A stretch of 60,156 bases of DNA from a virus: IMG/VR virus record IMGVR_UViG_3300009391_000001, one strand, 5' to 3'. Made by a program: the position numbers and the translations under genes. Of the stretch, positions 25,848 through 34,686 are shown one piece after another; position 1 is the stretch's first letter; each line of letters opens with the position of its first letter. The notes under the pieces were generated by a model, which was not told the origin of the DNA, made no database searches, and saw only the letters and a list, made by a program, of their open reading frames with translations.

Positions 25848-27185
25848 TTAAAATTCGAAATCTGCGACGGACGCTTCGCCGGTTTCCATTTCGCGGACAA
25901 CGCCGAACTGCGGCATATAAAGGATTTCCGACGTATTCCCTTCGCCACCGTCGCGGCCCTTGAACACTCCGACCATTCCGCGTCCTTGCTTATACGCGCT
26001 ATCTACGCCTATGAGTAGCGCCGCATCTTCGAGTAACGCCTTTGTTTTCTTAACGTCCTTACGCTTCGGTAATTCAAGTTCGCGCTCCCCGTCGTCGTCT
26101 TCCGTCCCGTCCGTCTCTTCCGCTTGTGTAATTGCGATTATCACGGTCGAAGTCCTTCCAGCTAATCTACGTAATTTCATAGACGTATTAGCTGCGTCCC
26201 CGCCGGTAGTCCGTGATGTGTTATTCTCATAGTCGAGGTAATAGAACGGATCAATCACGACGAAATCCGCATCCGTCGAATCAATATCCGCAGTTAACGC
26301 GCGTAAACTTCTATCGCTGAAATCTTCGTCATCGACCGCCCTAACCGTTATATTTCCGGGAAGTCTATCGTTTAACGTATCGACGAAGAATCGGAACGCC
26401 GTTTCAAACTCGTCAGATAACCGTCCTAACCGAACGTCGCTCGAATTGAATCCCGCCGACATATCTACACCGTTTAGATTCGCAGTTGTAACGCCTTCCT
26501 CTCCGGAAATAGATACGTAGATTCGCGTAAGCACCTCGTAAAATCCCATTTCCATGCTCCAGATTAAAACGTTAGCACCAAGCCGTGCCGCTTGTATCGC
26601 TTCTTCGAGAACTATTACGGACTTTCCGCGTCCAGACTTACCGAACACCGTGTATAGATTCGACGATACATACTCGCCAATCGCGCTAAACTTCGATTTC
26701 CATACGCGGAAACTCTCGCCGGCTTTTCTCCGTTCGTACTCCGCCATGAACTTCTCGTTATCGCGCTTAATATCCGTCCCGACCGATTGCCTAACGTTAG
26801 TCTGCGCCTGAATCCCGCTGACCTGCGTTGGTAGCCATTCGTTGATAAAGCGTTCTCCGCCGAGTTCGTTCAGCTTCCTCTCGAAGTCGCCTTTACGGAA
26901 CCAATCGACGACTTTCTGCTGCGCCGTATGGTCTTTAATCTTCGTCGTAAGCCACGTATAGCTATCGGATACTTCCGGCACATATTCGAAGCCTTCGACG
27001 GACGCCGTGACGGTTGCATATGACGGGGCTTTCCCTCCGTTAGCTTCCGCGTATTCTTCGATAAATCGGTAAGTCGCCTTGTCAACGTCGCTGTGCATAT
27101 CGGCGAGCGTGATGTTATGGCGCGTTAATGGCGTAGTGGTTCCGTCTTCTACGACTTTATTTAAGAGTAATTTCGCATACTCGAT
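25848..27185 (-). CDS. DnaB-like replicative helicase, proposed AUC start
   Basis: Walker A GKSGRGKS. The frame upstream of ATG 27098 encodes IEYAKLLLNKVVEDGTTTPLTRHNITLAD with no ATG/GTG/TTG. AAGGAGG lies 8 nt before ATC 27185. The ATG-only version is 25848-27098. Confidence 0.7.
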   Translation of the reverse strand: MEYAKLLLNKVVEDGTTTPLTRHNITLADMHSDVDKATYRFIEEYAEANGGKAPSYATVTASVEGFEYVPEVSDSYTWLTTKIKDHTAQQKVVDWFRKGDFERKLNELGGERFINEWLPTQVSGIQAQTNVRQSVGTDIKRDNEKFMAEYERRKAGESFRVWKSKFSAIGEYVSSNLYTVFGKSGRGKSVIVLEEAIQAARLGANVLIWSMEMGFYEVLTRIYVSISGEEGVTTANLNGVDMSAGFNSSDVRLGRLSDEFETAFRFFVDTLNDRLPGNITVRAVDDEDFSDRSLRALTADIDSTDADFVVIDPFYYLDYENNTSRTTGGDAANTSMKLRRLAGRTSTVIIAITQAEETDGTEDDDGERELELPKRKDVKKTKALLEDAALLIGVDSAYKQGRGMVGVFKGRDGGEGNTSEILYMPQFGVVREMETGEASVADFEF

Positions 27186-27186
27186 G

Positions 27187-27711
27187 TTACTCGCCTCCTT
27201 CCGTTATTACCGTTAATTCCGCTTTAATCTCGCCTAGCCTTTTCGCATATCCGCCGTCCTCATCGCCTATCAGTTCAATCGCAGTATTTACGTTGTTCAT
27301 ATCGTCAAGCAACGCATCGATCCGTTCCTGCTTCGTCGGCTCCTTCGCCTTCTTCGTCACAATCGTTTTAATCGGCTGCATCACGGTTTCCGCCTCCCCT
27401 CCGAATATATTACCGAACACTTCGTCGTACAGTCGCGTTGCTATTTCGTCAACCTCCGGATGTTGATACGTCTTTAGAAATTCCTCCGTCTGCCCTTCGC
27501 GACATACGACAGTTACGTCTTCCTGCGCTCCGAGCGTATATTCTCCGGCGGTTACGCAGGAACAGTCGTAGTATATTTCCTCCGCTTCGATACCGCGTTC
27601 AAACGTAAATTCGTGCGTGTACGAGTCGACGCGGAATAGTCGGTTTGCGTAACCGGCGATGTTTACGAGGTCACCTAATTGCGCGATTGGCGTCATTTTC
27701 GGATTTATCAT
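27187..27711 (-). CDS. Hypothetical protein (SH3-like N-terminal module), start refined to M7
   Basis: AAGGAG lies 8 nt before ATG 27711. Confidence 0.6.
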   Translation of the reverse strand: MINPKMTPIAQLGDLVNIAGYANRLFRVDSYTHEFTFERGIEAEEIYYDCSCVTAGEYTLGAQEDVTVVCREGQTEEFLKTYQHPEVDEIATRLYDEVFGNIFGGEAETVMQPIKTIVTKKAKEPTKQERIDALLDDMNNVNTAIELIGDEDGGYAKRLGEIKAELTVITEGGE

Positions 27712-27715
27712 CGAA

Positions 27716-28450
27716 TCATCTCCTTCCACGTCGTGACGAACCGCTAAAGTGTAGCGTCAAGCATTGATCGCGCATCCTATCGGCGAGCCTTGCGTCAAAT
27801 ACCGATTCCATTTCGTTGATTGCGAGGTTACTCGTATATATCGTAGGTAGCGAATTCGTAGTCCTTGCGTTTATGATTGCGTGGACTAGCGATTTGAACG
27901 ACTCGCTCGCCGACCTTACGCCGACATCATCGCAAACTAGGAAATCCACTGTCATCGCTTTCCGCATAGTCGCGGTAACTTTCGCTAATCCCGCTTCGTC
28001 GTTCGTCATCGACGCGAGGTTATAGTCCGTCTGCATCTCGTTTATGTCAAGGAATAACGCCGGACGTTGTGCCGGTTGTAATCCGCGTTTTAATGAGCCG
28101 ATGTAATGCGCCGCTAAATACTCGTTGAGCAAACTCGCAGCACTCGTCGTCTTACCAGTTCCCGGCGATTCGCTCCAAAGATACAGCGATTTGATTCGGT
28201 CGGCATCCGCGTCAAACATGCGCTCAAACGTCGCCACATATTGCGCTAACTGTCCGTAAATCTTCGCTTGTCCTTCGCGTGCCGGCGAATTGGTTAACGT
28301 ATAATAGCGGTAATCTTTTGGGACGCCCGCCGCTCCGATTCTTCCGCCTTCACCGTTCAAACCTTCCATAGCGATGCGGTGCTGGCACGTATGATTACAG
28401 TCGGCGCAACCGTTTTTCCGCTTATCTGCGAGGATACATTTCTGCGTCAA
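27716..28450 (-). CDS. DnaC/DnaI-like AAA+ helicase loader
   Basis: 244 aa. Walker A SPGTGKTT, Walker B FLVCDDVG, N-terminal Cys cluster. TTGA overlap. Confidence 0.7.
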   Translation of the reverse strand: MTQKCILADKRKNGCADCNHTCQHRIAMEGLNGEGGRIGAAGVPKDYRYYTLTNSPAREGQAKIYGQLAQYVATFERMFDADADRIKSLYLWSESPGTGKTTSAASLLNEYLAAHYIGSLKRGLQPAQRPALFLDINEMQTDYNLASMTNDEAGLAKVTATMRKAMTVDFLVCDDVGVRSASESFKSLVHAIINARTTNSLPTIYTSNLAINEMESVFDARLADRMRDQCLTLHFSGSSRRGRR

Positions 28451-28953
28451 GTTATCGCCTCCATTCCGTTGTAGATGCGTTCTCGTACGTTTGTTAAATC
28501 TGCGTCACAGCATTTCGTCATATAATTCCGTGGGTAATGAAGGACGCGTTTCCTACTCGTTAATATCGTATCTCCGCAACCTGCGCAGTTATATTCGACG
28601 AACACGCCTACGGAGTTTGTTCCCGACGCTGATACGCCCAATCGCTTTATCTCTGCTTCAAATATCGGATGTCCGTCATCGTACGGTTCGCCGCGGTGGC
28701 ATAGCGCGTAATGCACACATTCGTGATATAACGTATCGACGATGACCTCCGGCGCTCCGTGGTCAAGTAGGAATCCCGCGAGCTGTATTTCGATAGGCTC
28801 GTTGTTATGTGTCGAATTGAATCGTCCCATTACGCGCCGTAATCGATTATTCCGTTCAATCGGTATATCTAGCGTTATCCCGAAGTTATCGCGTAAGAAT
28901 TCCGTAGCTAACTGCGTCAATTCCGATATAGTCATCGGCTTATCCTTCGTCAT
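28447..28953 (-). CDS. SprT-like zinc metalloprotease domain protein
   Basis: HECVHYALCH (HExxH) plus C-terminal CxxC pairs. ATGA overlap defines the start. Confidence 0.6.
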   Translation of the reverse strand: MTKDKPMTISELTQLATEFLRDNFGITLDIPIERNNRLRRVMGRFNSTHNNEPIEIQLAGFLLDHGAPEVIVDTLYHECVHYALCHRGEPYDDGHPIFEAEIKRLGVSASGTNSVGVFVEYNCAGCGDTILTSRKRVLHYPRNYMTKCCDADLTNVRERIYNGMEAIT

Positions 28954-29369
28954 AACCATTCGCTCACCTCGTCCCAATCGTTATTATCCGATTCTTCTAC
29001 GGCTTCCTCACGTCGCGCCTTCGCGATGGATTCCGCTTGTATCCGTTGCCAGTCCGTTTTCCGATAACTCCACATAAAACCGAAGCTTGTCCCCGGATAT
29101 TGCGCAGTCGGACGGTAGCCCGCAAATGTTACGTCTATGAACGCTTTTACGTCCGCGTTGCTTGCCGTCCGTGGCCTCGGATTCGTCCGCGATTGTGTAC
29201 CGATTAATCCGCCGAGTATGCCTTGTTCCGTACGCCATCCGCGCATTGGAGCGTAGTCGATTCCGAATAGTTCCGCGTGCTTGTCCGTTAGGTAGGCGCA
29301 GAAAGTAGCGACGTTCCACGATTCTATCGGACGATTCCGCCAGTCCTTCGCAGGCGCTAATTTCGTCAT
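28950..29369 (-). CDS. Hypothetical protein (replication module)
   Basis: 139 aa. TAATG overlap upstream. Confidence 0.65.
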   Translation of the reverse strand: MTKLAPAKDWRNRPIESWNVATFCAYLTDKHAELFGIDYAPMRGWRTEQGILGGLIGTQSRTNPRPRTASNADVKAFIDVTFAGYRPTAQYPGTSFGFMWSYRKTDWQRIQAESIAKARREEAVEESDNNDWDEVSEWL

Positions 29370-29686
29370 TATTTCGCCACCTCCGTATTCAGCAGTCCGT
29401 CAACATGCCGTCTAAACTCCGCAATATCATAGCGTATCTCTTTAAGAGTCGTAGCGTCGCCCGTCCGTATGCTATATTCGAGTAGTCCGGATAAAGCCTT
29501 CGGTAGCGACGAGTAGTATTTTCCGATGCTCTGCCATTCGTATCGGATAGCTGCGTCGTGTTTCTCCGGATCGTACGCCGGTGCTTTCGTCGGGTCGATA
29601 GCGTTGAGTACCTCGATTTGTATGTTATCCGCGTCTAGTAGTAAGCGGTGATTTGCGTCGATTTCGATATGCTTGCGTTTAGTCAT
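29369..29686 (-). CDS. Hypothetical protein
   Basis: 105 aa. ATGA overlap. Confidence 0.65.
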   Translation of the reverse strand: MTKRKHIEIDANHRLLLDADNIQIEVLNAIDPTKAPAYDPEKHDAAIRYEWQSIGKYYSSLPKALSGLLEYSIRTGDATTLKEIRYDIAEFRRHVDGLLNTEVAK

Positions 29687-29916
29687 TCCGTATCGCCTCC
29701 GTTTATTTGTTGCGTTTCTACGTTCACCAAATCGATTTCGATTCCGAGTAAATCCAGTATGTCGCGGATGCCTTCCGCCTTGCCTTCGCTAAATGACGTG
29801 TACCTACGTTCGTATTCGTGCTTACCGTCGCGATTTACTGCGGCAGCCCTCCGTTGTTGATAGAACATATAGCGGATTTTATGCGCCGTTCTGTCGGTTA
29901 CTTTTGGTTGCGTCAT
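29683..29916 (-). CDS. Hypothetical protein
   Basis: 77 aa. AAAGGACGG SD. Confidence 0.6.
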   Translation of the reverse strand: MTQPKVTDRTAHKIRYMFYQQRRAAAVNRDGKHEYERRYTSFSEGKAEGIRDILDLLGIEIDLVNVETQQINGGDTE

Positions 29917-29940
29917 GTTATCGCCGTCCTTTCGTTTGAT

Positions 29941-30519
29941 TTATTTGTCCGCAATCATCTGCATACATATTACGGCTACCTCCGTCTGTTTCCCCTTTTT
30001 GAATATCGTATTAATATACGAAGGGTCTTTTTTCCAGCCGTCTATCCCGTCAGACGCTTTCAGTCTTACTTGTCCTATCTTATATAAACAGATTCCCGTA
30101 ACTTCTTGGAATTTAATATATACCTCCGTATATCCTTTACGCCGCCCGCCGGGATGCGTCATAGCCGCTCGATGTATTAATTCTCTAATCTCGGAACCAG
30201 CCATCTTATTAGCGCGCTCTATCGCTGACGGAAGTAGTTTAGTAACTTGACCATAGAATTTAGTGTGTTTGATTTCGTCGGTTGTATTCTTGCTTGCAAT
30301 AACTTCGTCTTGAATTTTATCCATCTTTCGCCCGATAACTCCTAGCTCGTCCTTTATCGCCACTATTACAGCGCTCTGTCTTTCCATGAACGCGCTTTGC
30401 TGCTTAACTATCGTAACCAACGTTTCATTCTCGGTTAATACCGTCCCTACCATTGTCAATAATTCTTCTACGTTTTCTACTACTTGTCCACCGTTTCTCA
30501 CTAAGTTAAATACGCCCAT
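29941..30519 (-). CDS. Hypothetical protein (possibly ORF6C-type regulatory domain)
   Basis: 192 aa, A+T-rich, coiled-coil N-terminal half. Confidence 0.5.
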   Translation of the reverse strand: MGVFNLVRNGGQVVENVEELLTMVGTVLTENETLVTIVKQQSAFMERQSAVIVAIKDELGVIGRKMDKIQDEVIASKNTTDEIKHTKFYGQVTKLLPSAIERANKMAGSEIRELIHRAAMTHPGGRRKGYTEVYIKFQEVTGICLYKIGQVRLKASDGIDGWKKDPSYINTIFKKGKQTEVAVICMQMIADK

Positions 30520-30534
30520 TTATACCGCCCCTTT

Positions 30535-31446
30535 TTAGTTTATTTCACTGTATTCAGCGTCCAACACTTGACTAGCGTTTCCTTGCTTCGTGTAACCAAA
30601 AGACTCTGCCATAGCCTTTAATGCGCCTATTGCTTCGTCGTATTGCTGCTTACTTTCTTCGTCGAGATTATCTATAACCGGCTTATACTCGTTCATATAC
30701 GTGTACCGCTTTGCGAATTCCCTAACGCCTTGACTAAGCGACATTACTGCAACGATCATGTCCTGTCTGTGCGTCGCCGTTATATGTTCGTCGTAATTCT
30801 CTATATCTCCGAATTTATCGTTATACGCTTCTAGTCTCTGTTTAATAGAATCGTAATCATGTGGAGTATTTTCAACTTCAACTTCTACGTACTCGGTTCT
30901 GATTTCGATGGTGGGTTCCCGACCTTCGACTTCTTCTAGCCGTTGTGTTGCGATTTCTTCACTTCGTTCCGCTTGCTTGGCGCGTGCTTCTGACTGTTCG
31001 CGCTCTTTACGTTCGGCATCCCGTTCTTCCTGCGTCTTCTTTAATTCCGCCTTGACTTCGCGCAATTCCCGTACCGTCATTTCGTCTACTGTCTTTTCTG
31101 CGCCTGTTGACGGGATTGTGTGCGTTTCGGTGCGGGATTGTTCCGGCATGGTTGCTATTTCGTATAAAGCTCGTAATCCTAAATGTCCGAACGTGCGGAC
31201 ATCTTCACCGTTGAAATCGACGTACACTTTAATGAACTCCGACGCCCTCCGCCTATCCATGCCAATAGATTCGAGCCAAGGCGTGTATTCTCCGTATTTC
31301 AAATCGTCCCTCACATGCTTCAACCGCCTACCTATTTCGAATATCGCTTCGCCTGCTACGCGTTGATATGCGTTGATTTCCGCCGTGATTACGTTTATGT
31401 CCGTTGATAGTTCGTGTGAACCACCGCCTTTAATTTCGTTTGTCAT
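30535..31446 (-). CDS. DUF3102-like protein
   Basis: 303 aa. N-terminal AGEAIFEIGRRLKHVRDDLKYGEYTPWLESIGMDRRRASEFI pattern. First gene after the promoter at 31497-31527. Confidence 0.55.
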   Translation of the reverse strand: MTNEIKGGGSHELSTDINVITAEINAYQRVAGEAIFEIGRRLKHVRDDLKYGEYTPWLESIGMDRRRASEFIKVYVDFNGEDVRTFGHLGLRALYEIATMPEQSRTETHTIPSTGAEKTVDEMTVRELREVKAELKKTQEERDAERKEREQSEARAKQAERSEEIATQRLEEVEGREPTIEIRTEYVEVEVENTPHDYDSIKQRLEAYNDKFGDIENYDEHITATHRQDMIVAVMSLSQGVREFAKRYTYMNEYKPVIDNLDEESKQQYDEAIGALKAMAESFGYTKQGNASQVLDAEYSEIN

Positions 31447-31496
31447 TACGCTTGTCCTCCTTCGTTTTTCCGTATGCTATTCGCTGTACACTTATT

Positions 31497-31527
31497 ACTA
31501 TAGTTTAGTAGTTTGATAATGTCAAAC
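31497..31527 (-). promoter_or_regulatory. Promoter TTGACA-17 nt-TATAGT (minus strand) with operator GTTTGAtaatgTCAAAC
   Basis: -35 at 31520-31525, -10 at 31497-31502, operator at 31511-31527. About 58 nt resemble 24317-24374. Confidence 0.7.
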
Positions 31528-31545
31528 CTTTATTCTGAATTATTT

Positions 31546-31734
31546 TTATTCCGTTTGATATCCGCGTGCTAATGCTTCCGTTATTTGTTCGTTCGTCATC
31601 GTTAGTAATGCGCCGAGAGTTTCGTAGTGTTCTGCGAATAACTGTAACGCGTCGAATTGATCCGGCGTTACTATAGGAAGTATGCGTTTTAACTCCGCAG
31701 CCTTCTCGCTTAAATTCGCCATGTTCGGATTCAC
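31546..31734 (-). CDS. Hypothetical 58-62-aa protein
   Basis: Starts at GTG 31734, or at ATG 31722 with a GAGGTG SD. Confidence 0.5.
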   Translation of the reverse strand: MNPNMANLSEKAAELKRILPIVTPDQFDALQLFAEHYETLGALLTMTNEQITEALARGYQTE

Positions 31735-32253
31735 CTCGCTTGTCCGCCCCGTAAGGACGTTTATTTCGGTAAATCTGCGCTAAACACGAACAATAGATTT
31801 CCGTTTAGACTTTCGGACTACACGTTATTTGACCGTTTTATAATCGGCTTCCTTCTATTAAAGAGTGCGTCCGAGATTACTAGTTTCAATCCGGCGATAT
31901 TCCGTTAATTTACCGAAAATACCGGCTTGTCCGTTTACCCGTGAAATTCGTTCATTCTGACCGTTCTAGCGTCGAGTGGGGTGTTTATACCCGAAACGTC
32001 TTAGAAGCGATTTTAGCACGGTAAAACGATGGGAAAATCATAGCGTCTGTTATATTCGGTCGGTTGCCGATGTGAAAATCGAGATTTCGGCGGGGAGCCT
32101 TTTATTTTAATTTTCGAGGGGTATCACTACCCAAAACCGCCGCACTAGTTATACCGCCCAATACCGTCGTTAACGCCATTTAGGTACTGGCGATAGATAC
32201 TTAAACGCTTGTAAAGGTTGTTATTAACGCTATCCCGGAGGCTTTAGCCGACG

Positions 32254-32393
32254 GTATGTTTTAATTACTTAAGGTCTTAAAGCTTTAAGTACTAAGTTCT
32301 TAAGACCTTAAAACATACGCCGAAAAGGGTTTCGGCGGGTAAGGCTCTTAAAGCCCTTAAGTTATTTAAGTACTTAACGCGCGTGCGTGCGCA
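32254..32393. repeat. CTTAAG-type iteron cluster with a large imperfect inverted repeat and a 17-nt alternating purine-pyrimidine tract
   Basis: At least 9 CTTAAG/CTTAAAG/TTTAAG copies in 32268-32378. 14-nt palindrome at 32276-32289. IR arms 32254-32280 / 32300-32318. ACGCGCGTGCGTGCGCA at 32377-32393. Confidence 0.8.
32318..32337 (-). terminator. Hairpin CGCCGAAA-N4-TTTCGGCG with T-rich tail on the minus strand
   Basis: 8-bp perfect stem. The minus strand continues TATGTTTTAAGG. Confidence 0.4.
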
Positions 32394-32582
32394 GGAAAGG
32401 TTAAACGCACCCTCCGAATCCACTTTCGCGATGATCGCCGTTTTCTAGTTTCGGAAATTCCGTCCATTTTCGCCGATTCCGCGATTACCGAAACACGAAT
32501 AATGAACCGTTAGACCTATGCAATGGCGCACGCCCTAGACGGACACATACGATATACCCGAACATTCCCCGCAATATCCCGC

Positions 32583-32708
32583 CTATCGTTCGTTTTTATC
32601 CGAACCAACTCCGCCCACCCTTCCGGATTCCCACCACATGGCTACGAAAAGAACCGTAACTATAATTCCGATGTAGCTTCCGATTAACAGCTTGCCGAAT
32701 TCCGTCAT
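32583..32708 (-). CDS. 41-aa single-TM micro-protein (not in the ORF track)
   Basis: GGAGGTG lies 7 nt before the ATG. MTEFGKLLIGSYIGIIVTVLFVAMWW. Preceded by a terminator and a conserved 62-nt block. Confidence 0.55.
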   Translation of the reverse strand: MTEFGKLLIGSYIGIIVTVLFVAMWWESGRVGGVGSDKNER

Positions 32709-32799
32709 ATGCGTTCACCTCCGTTTATCTGGCGTCCTATTATTAATACCCCGTAGATTCGTAAATTCGGACCATCAATCGTAATTTCTTTTTAAACGC

Positions 32800-32830
32800 A
32801 AAAAAGCCCCACGCCAATTAAGCGCAGAGC
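32800..32830 (-). terminator. Rho-independent terminator after the 182-aa membrane protein gene
   Basis: Minus strand GCTCTGCGC-TTAATTG-GCGTGGGGC followed by TTTTTT. Confidence 0.6.
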
Positions 32831-32855
32831 CTCCGTTTACCTATCCAGTATTAAC

Positions 32856-33404
32856 CTACCGTTTTATCTTCCATCCGCCGAACATCTTCTGCGTAGCCAC
32901 TACGTCATTATTCGTAGCACTGACGATATCGACCATAACGTCGTCCTTCGCATCAATCGACTCTTCAACTACGCCGCTAATCGTAACCGCGAAACTTTCC
33001 TTCTCGCTTTCGGAGGACGCTGCCCAAGTCGCTTCGTCGACGTATACGCGAATCTTGAAGTGATTAACGTTGAATTTCGCGTCTGTGCTGACGATGATGC
33101 CCTCGGTATCCTCCGCCCAAGTTGCGGTCTTTTCTTCGTAACCTGCGATTGCTCTATCGCGTTGATCGTTTACGAGTTGTTCATCGCGTTCGGCCTTTTC
33201 GGATTCCACTTTCTTACCGTCAGCTTTCGCAGTCTTATCGGATACACGCTTTTCTTCTGCCGCAACTTCTTCCGCGACACGCGCCTCTTTAGTTTCGTCT
33301 GATTCGAAGATAACTCCGATAAATCCTATCGCTAGAAATACAGTTATCACAATAACCCACCAACGCTTGTAAAACGGTTTCTTCGCCTTCTTAACCTTCG
33401 CCAT
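32856..33404 (-). CDS. Membrane-anchored protein next to the integrase (possible lysogeny/exclusion function), start refined to M9
   Basis: AAGGGAG SD before ATG 33404. N-terminal TM WWVIVITVFLAIGFIGVIF, then a charged linker and a beta-rich domain. Confidence 0.55.
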   Translation of the reverse strand: MAKVKKAKKPFYKRWWVIVITVFLAIGFIGVIFESDETKEARVAEEVAAEEKRVSDKTAKADGKKVESEKAERDEQLVNDQRDRAIAGYEEKTATWAEDTEGIIVSTDAKFNVNHFKIRVYVDEATWAASSESEKESFAVTISGVVEESIDAKDDVMVDIVSATNNDVVATQKMFGGWKIKR

Positions 33405-33468
33405 ATTAATCCACTCCCTTATCGTCATATTTACGCAAGTATACCGAATAATGGAAATAGACGCAAGG

Positions 33469-34440
33469 CTAATATTCCACGCCGTCTTCGATCGCAGCGT
33501 CTAAATCCGTTGAATAAATCGCGACGTATTTCCGTAATTCGTTAATATCGCTATGCCCCATTAACCGTTGCAGCGTAAATACGTCTGTTCCCGCCTGTAT
33601 CTTAAACTTCGCGAATGTCCGTCGGAATACATGCGGACTACACTGAACCGCGTCAATTACTCCGCAATTCCGTCCATGCCGTCGTATCTGGTACTGTATC
33701 GACCCTACCGCAAGCCTATCGTCAGTCGCCGTTATGAAAAGAGCATCGGTACTATCGGAAACACCGCGGACGCGAAGATACGCCGTCAATATCGCCTGTA
33801 ATCGACCTGTTAGCGGTATGCGACGCCCATAGCGATTCTTCGCACGTTGTACGTTAATCGACTTATCCGCGAATAGTACGTCGCCAACGTCTAACGCGTG
33901 TAACTCGGATACGCGAATCCCCGTATCGGCAAGCGTCCGCATAACCGCTAAATCGCGCAGTCCCTCAAACGTCGTAATATTCGGCGCACCTAAAATCCGG
34001 CGTAACTGCGCCTTGCTAAACGTTGGCCCGACTTCGTGACGTTCTTTTAGTACTTCGACTTCATTAGCGGGATTCGTCGTAATCATCCGTTTGCCTACGC
34101 AGAAGTTACCGAATATTTTAGCGGTGCGTACCCGTAAATTGATCGTAGACCTCGCGAGTCCTTGGCGAATAGAGTCCGTTTTAAAGGATTGAAAGTCGTC
34201 TACCGATATATTTTTAATGTTCGATAAATCTACGTCTATATCGACTAGGTGGCGCTGTAACTGAAGCAACTCCTTGCGATAAGACTTCGTAGTTTCATCC
34301 GACAAGCCTTTTGCAATTCCGTTGTTTATAAACGCATCTACGGCATCGCTAAACGAAATGACCCGCGCTACTTCTGCACGCCCAGCCGCTCTATTAACTT
34401 CCTCGATAACCGACGGGCTAACCGTCCTTTTCCGTGCCAT
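33469..34440 (-). CDS. int: Tyrosine integrase/recombinase
   Basis: 323 aa. Motifs TGIRVSEL, SPHVFRRTFA, LMGHSDINELRKYV (R..HxxR..Y). Confidence 0.85.
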   Translation of the reverse strand: MARKRTVSPSVIEEVNRAAGRAEVARVISFSDAVDAFINNGIAKGLSDETTKSYRKELLQLQRHLVDIDVDLSNIKNISVDDFQSFKTDSIRQGLARSTINLRVRTAKIFGNFCVGKRMITTNPANEVEVLKERHEVGPTFSKAQLRRILGAPNITTFEGLRDLAVMRTLADTGIRVSELHALDVGDVLFADKSINVQRAKNRYGRRIPLTGRLQAILTAYLRVRGVSDSTDALFITATDDRLAVGSIQYQIRRHGRNCGVIDAVQCSPHVFRRTFAKFKIQAGTDVFTLQRLMGHSDINELRKYVAIYSTDLDAAIEDGVEY

Positions 34441-34503
34441 AATAAAAACCTCCGCCTATCTACGATGTTATACGTAAATCGAACGGAGGAACCTTCGCCA
34501 TAT

Positions 34504-34567
34504 AACGTTACCCTCGTAGTATTCTTGCGTGGTTAATTAAGCCTTAAAATACTACGAGGGTTAACGT
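34504..34567. repeat. Inverted repeat with a 13-bp perfect core CCCTCGTAGTATT / AATACTACGAGGG
   Basis: Arms 34504-34523 and 34548-34567 (one indel), 24-nt spacer, directly upstream of int. Confidence 0.8.
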
Positions 34568-34621
34568 GTAAGCTACGATGTGCAACCGCCTATAAACGCC
34601 TACACTACGCGGATAACATTA

Positions 34622-34686
34622 CGCCCTCGGCGGGAGTCGAACCCACATCGCAAGCTTCGGAGGCTTGCGTGTTATCCATTACACTA
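34622..34686 (-). other. tRNA-Arg(CCG)-like 3' fragment (D-arm to acceptor 3' strand); probable attP core
   Basis: Minus strand: D-arm GTGT-AATGGATA-ACAC, anticodon arm CAAGC-CTCCGAA-GCTTG, T-arm GTGGG-TTCGACT-CCCGC. No matching 5' acceptor strand. Confidence 0.6.
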
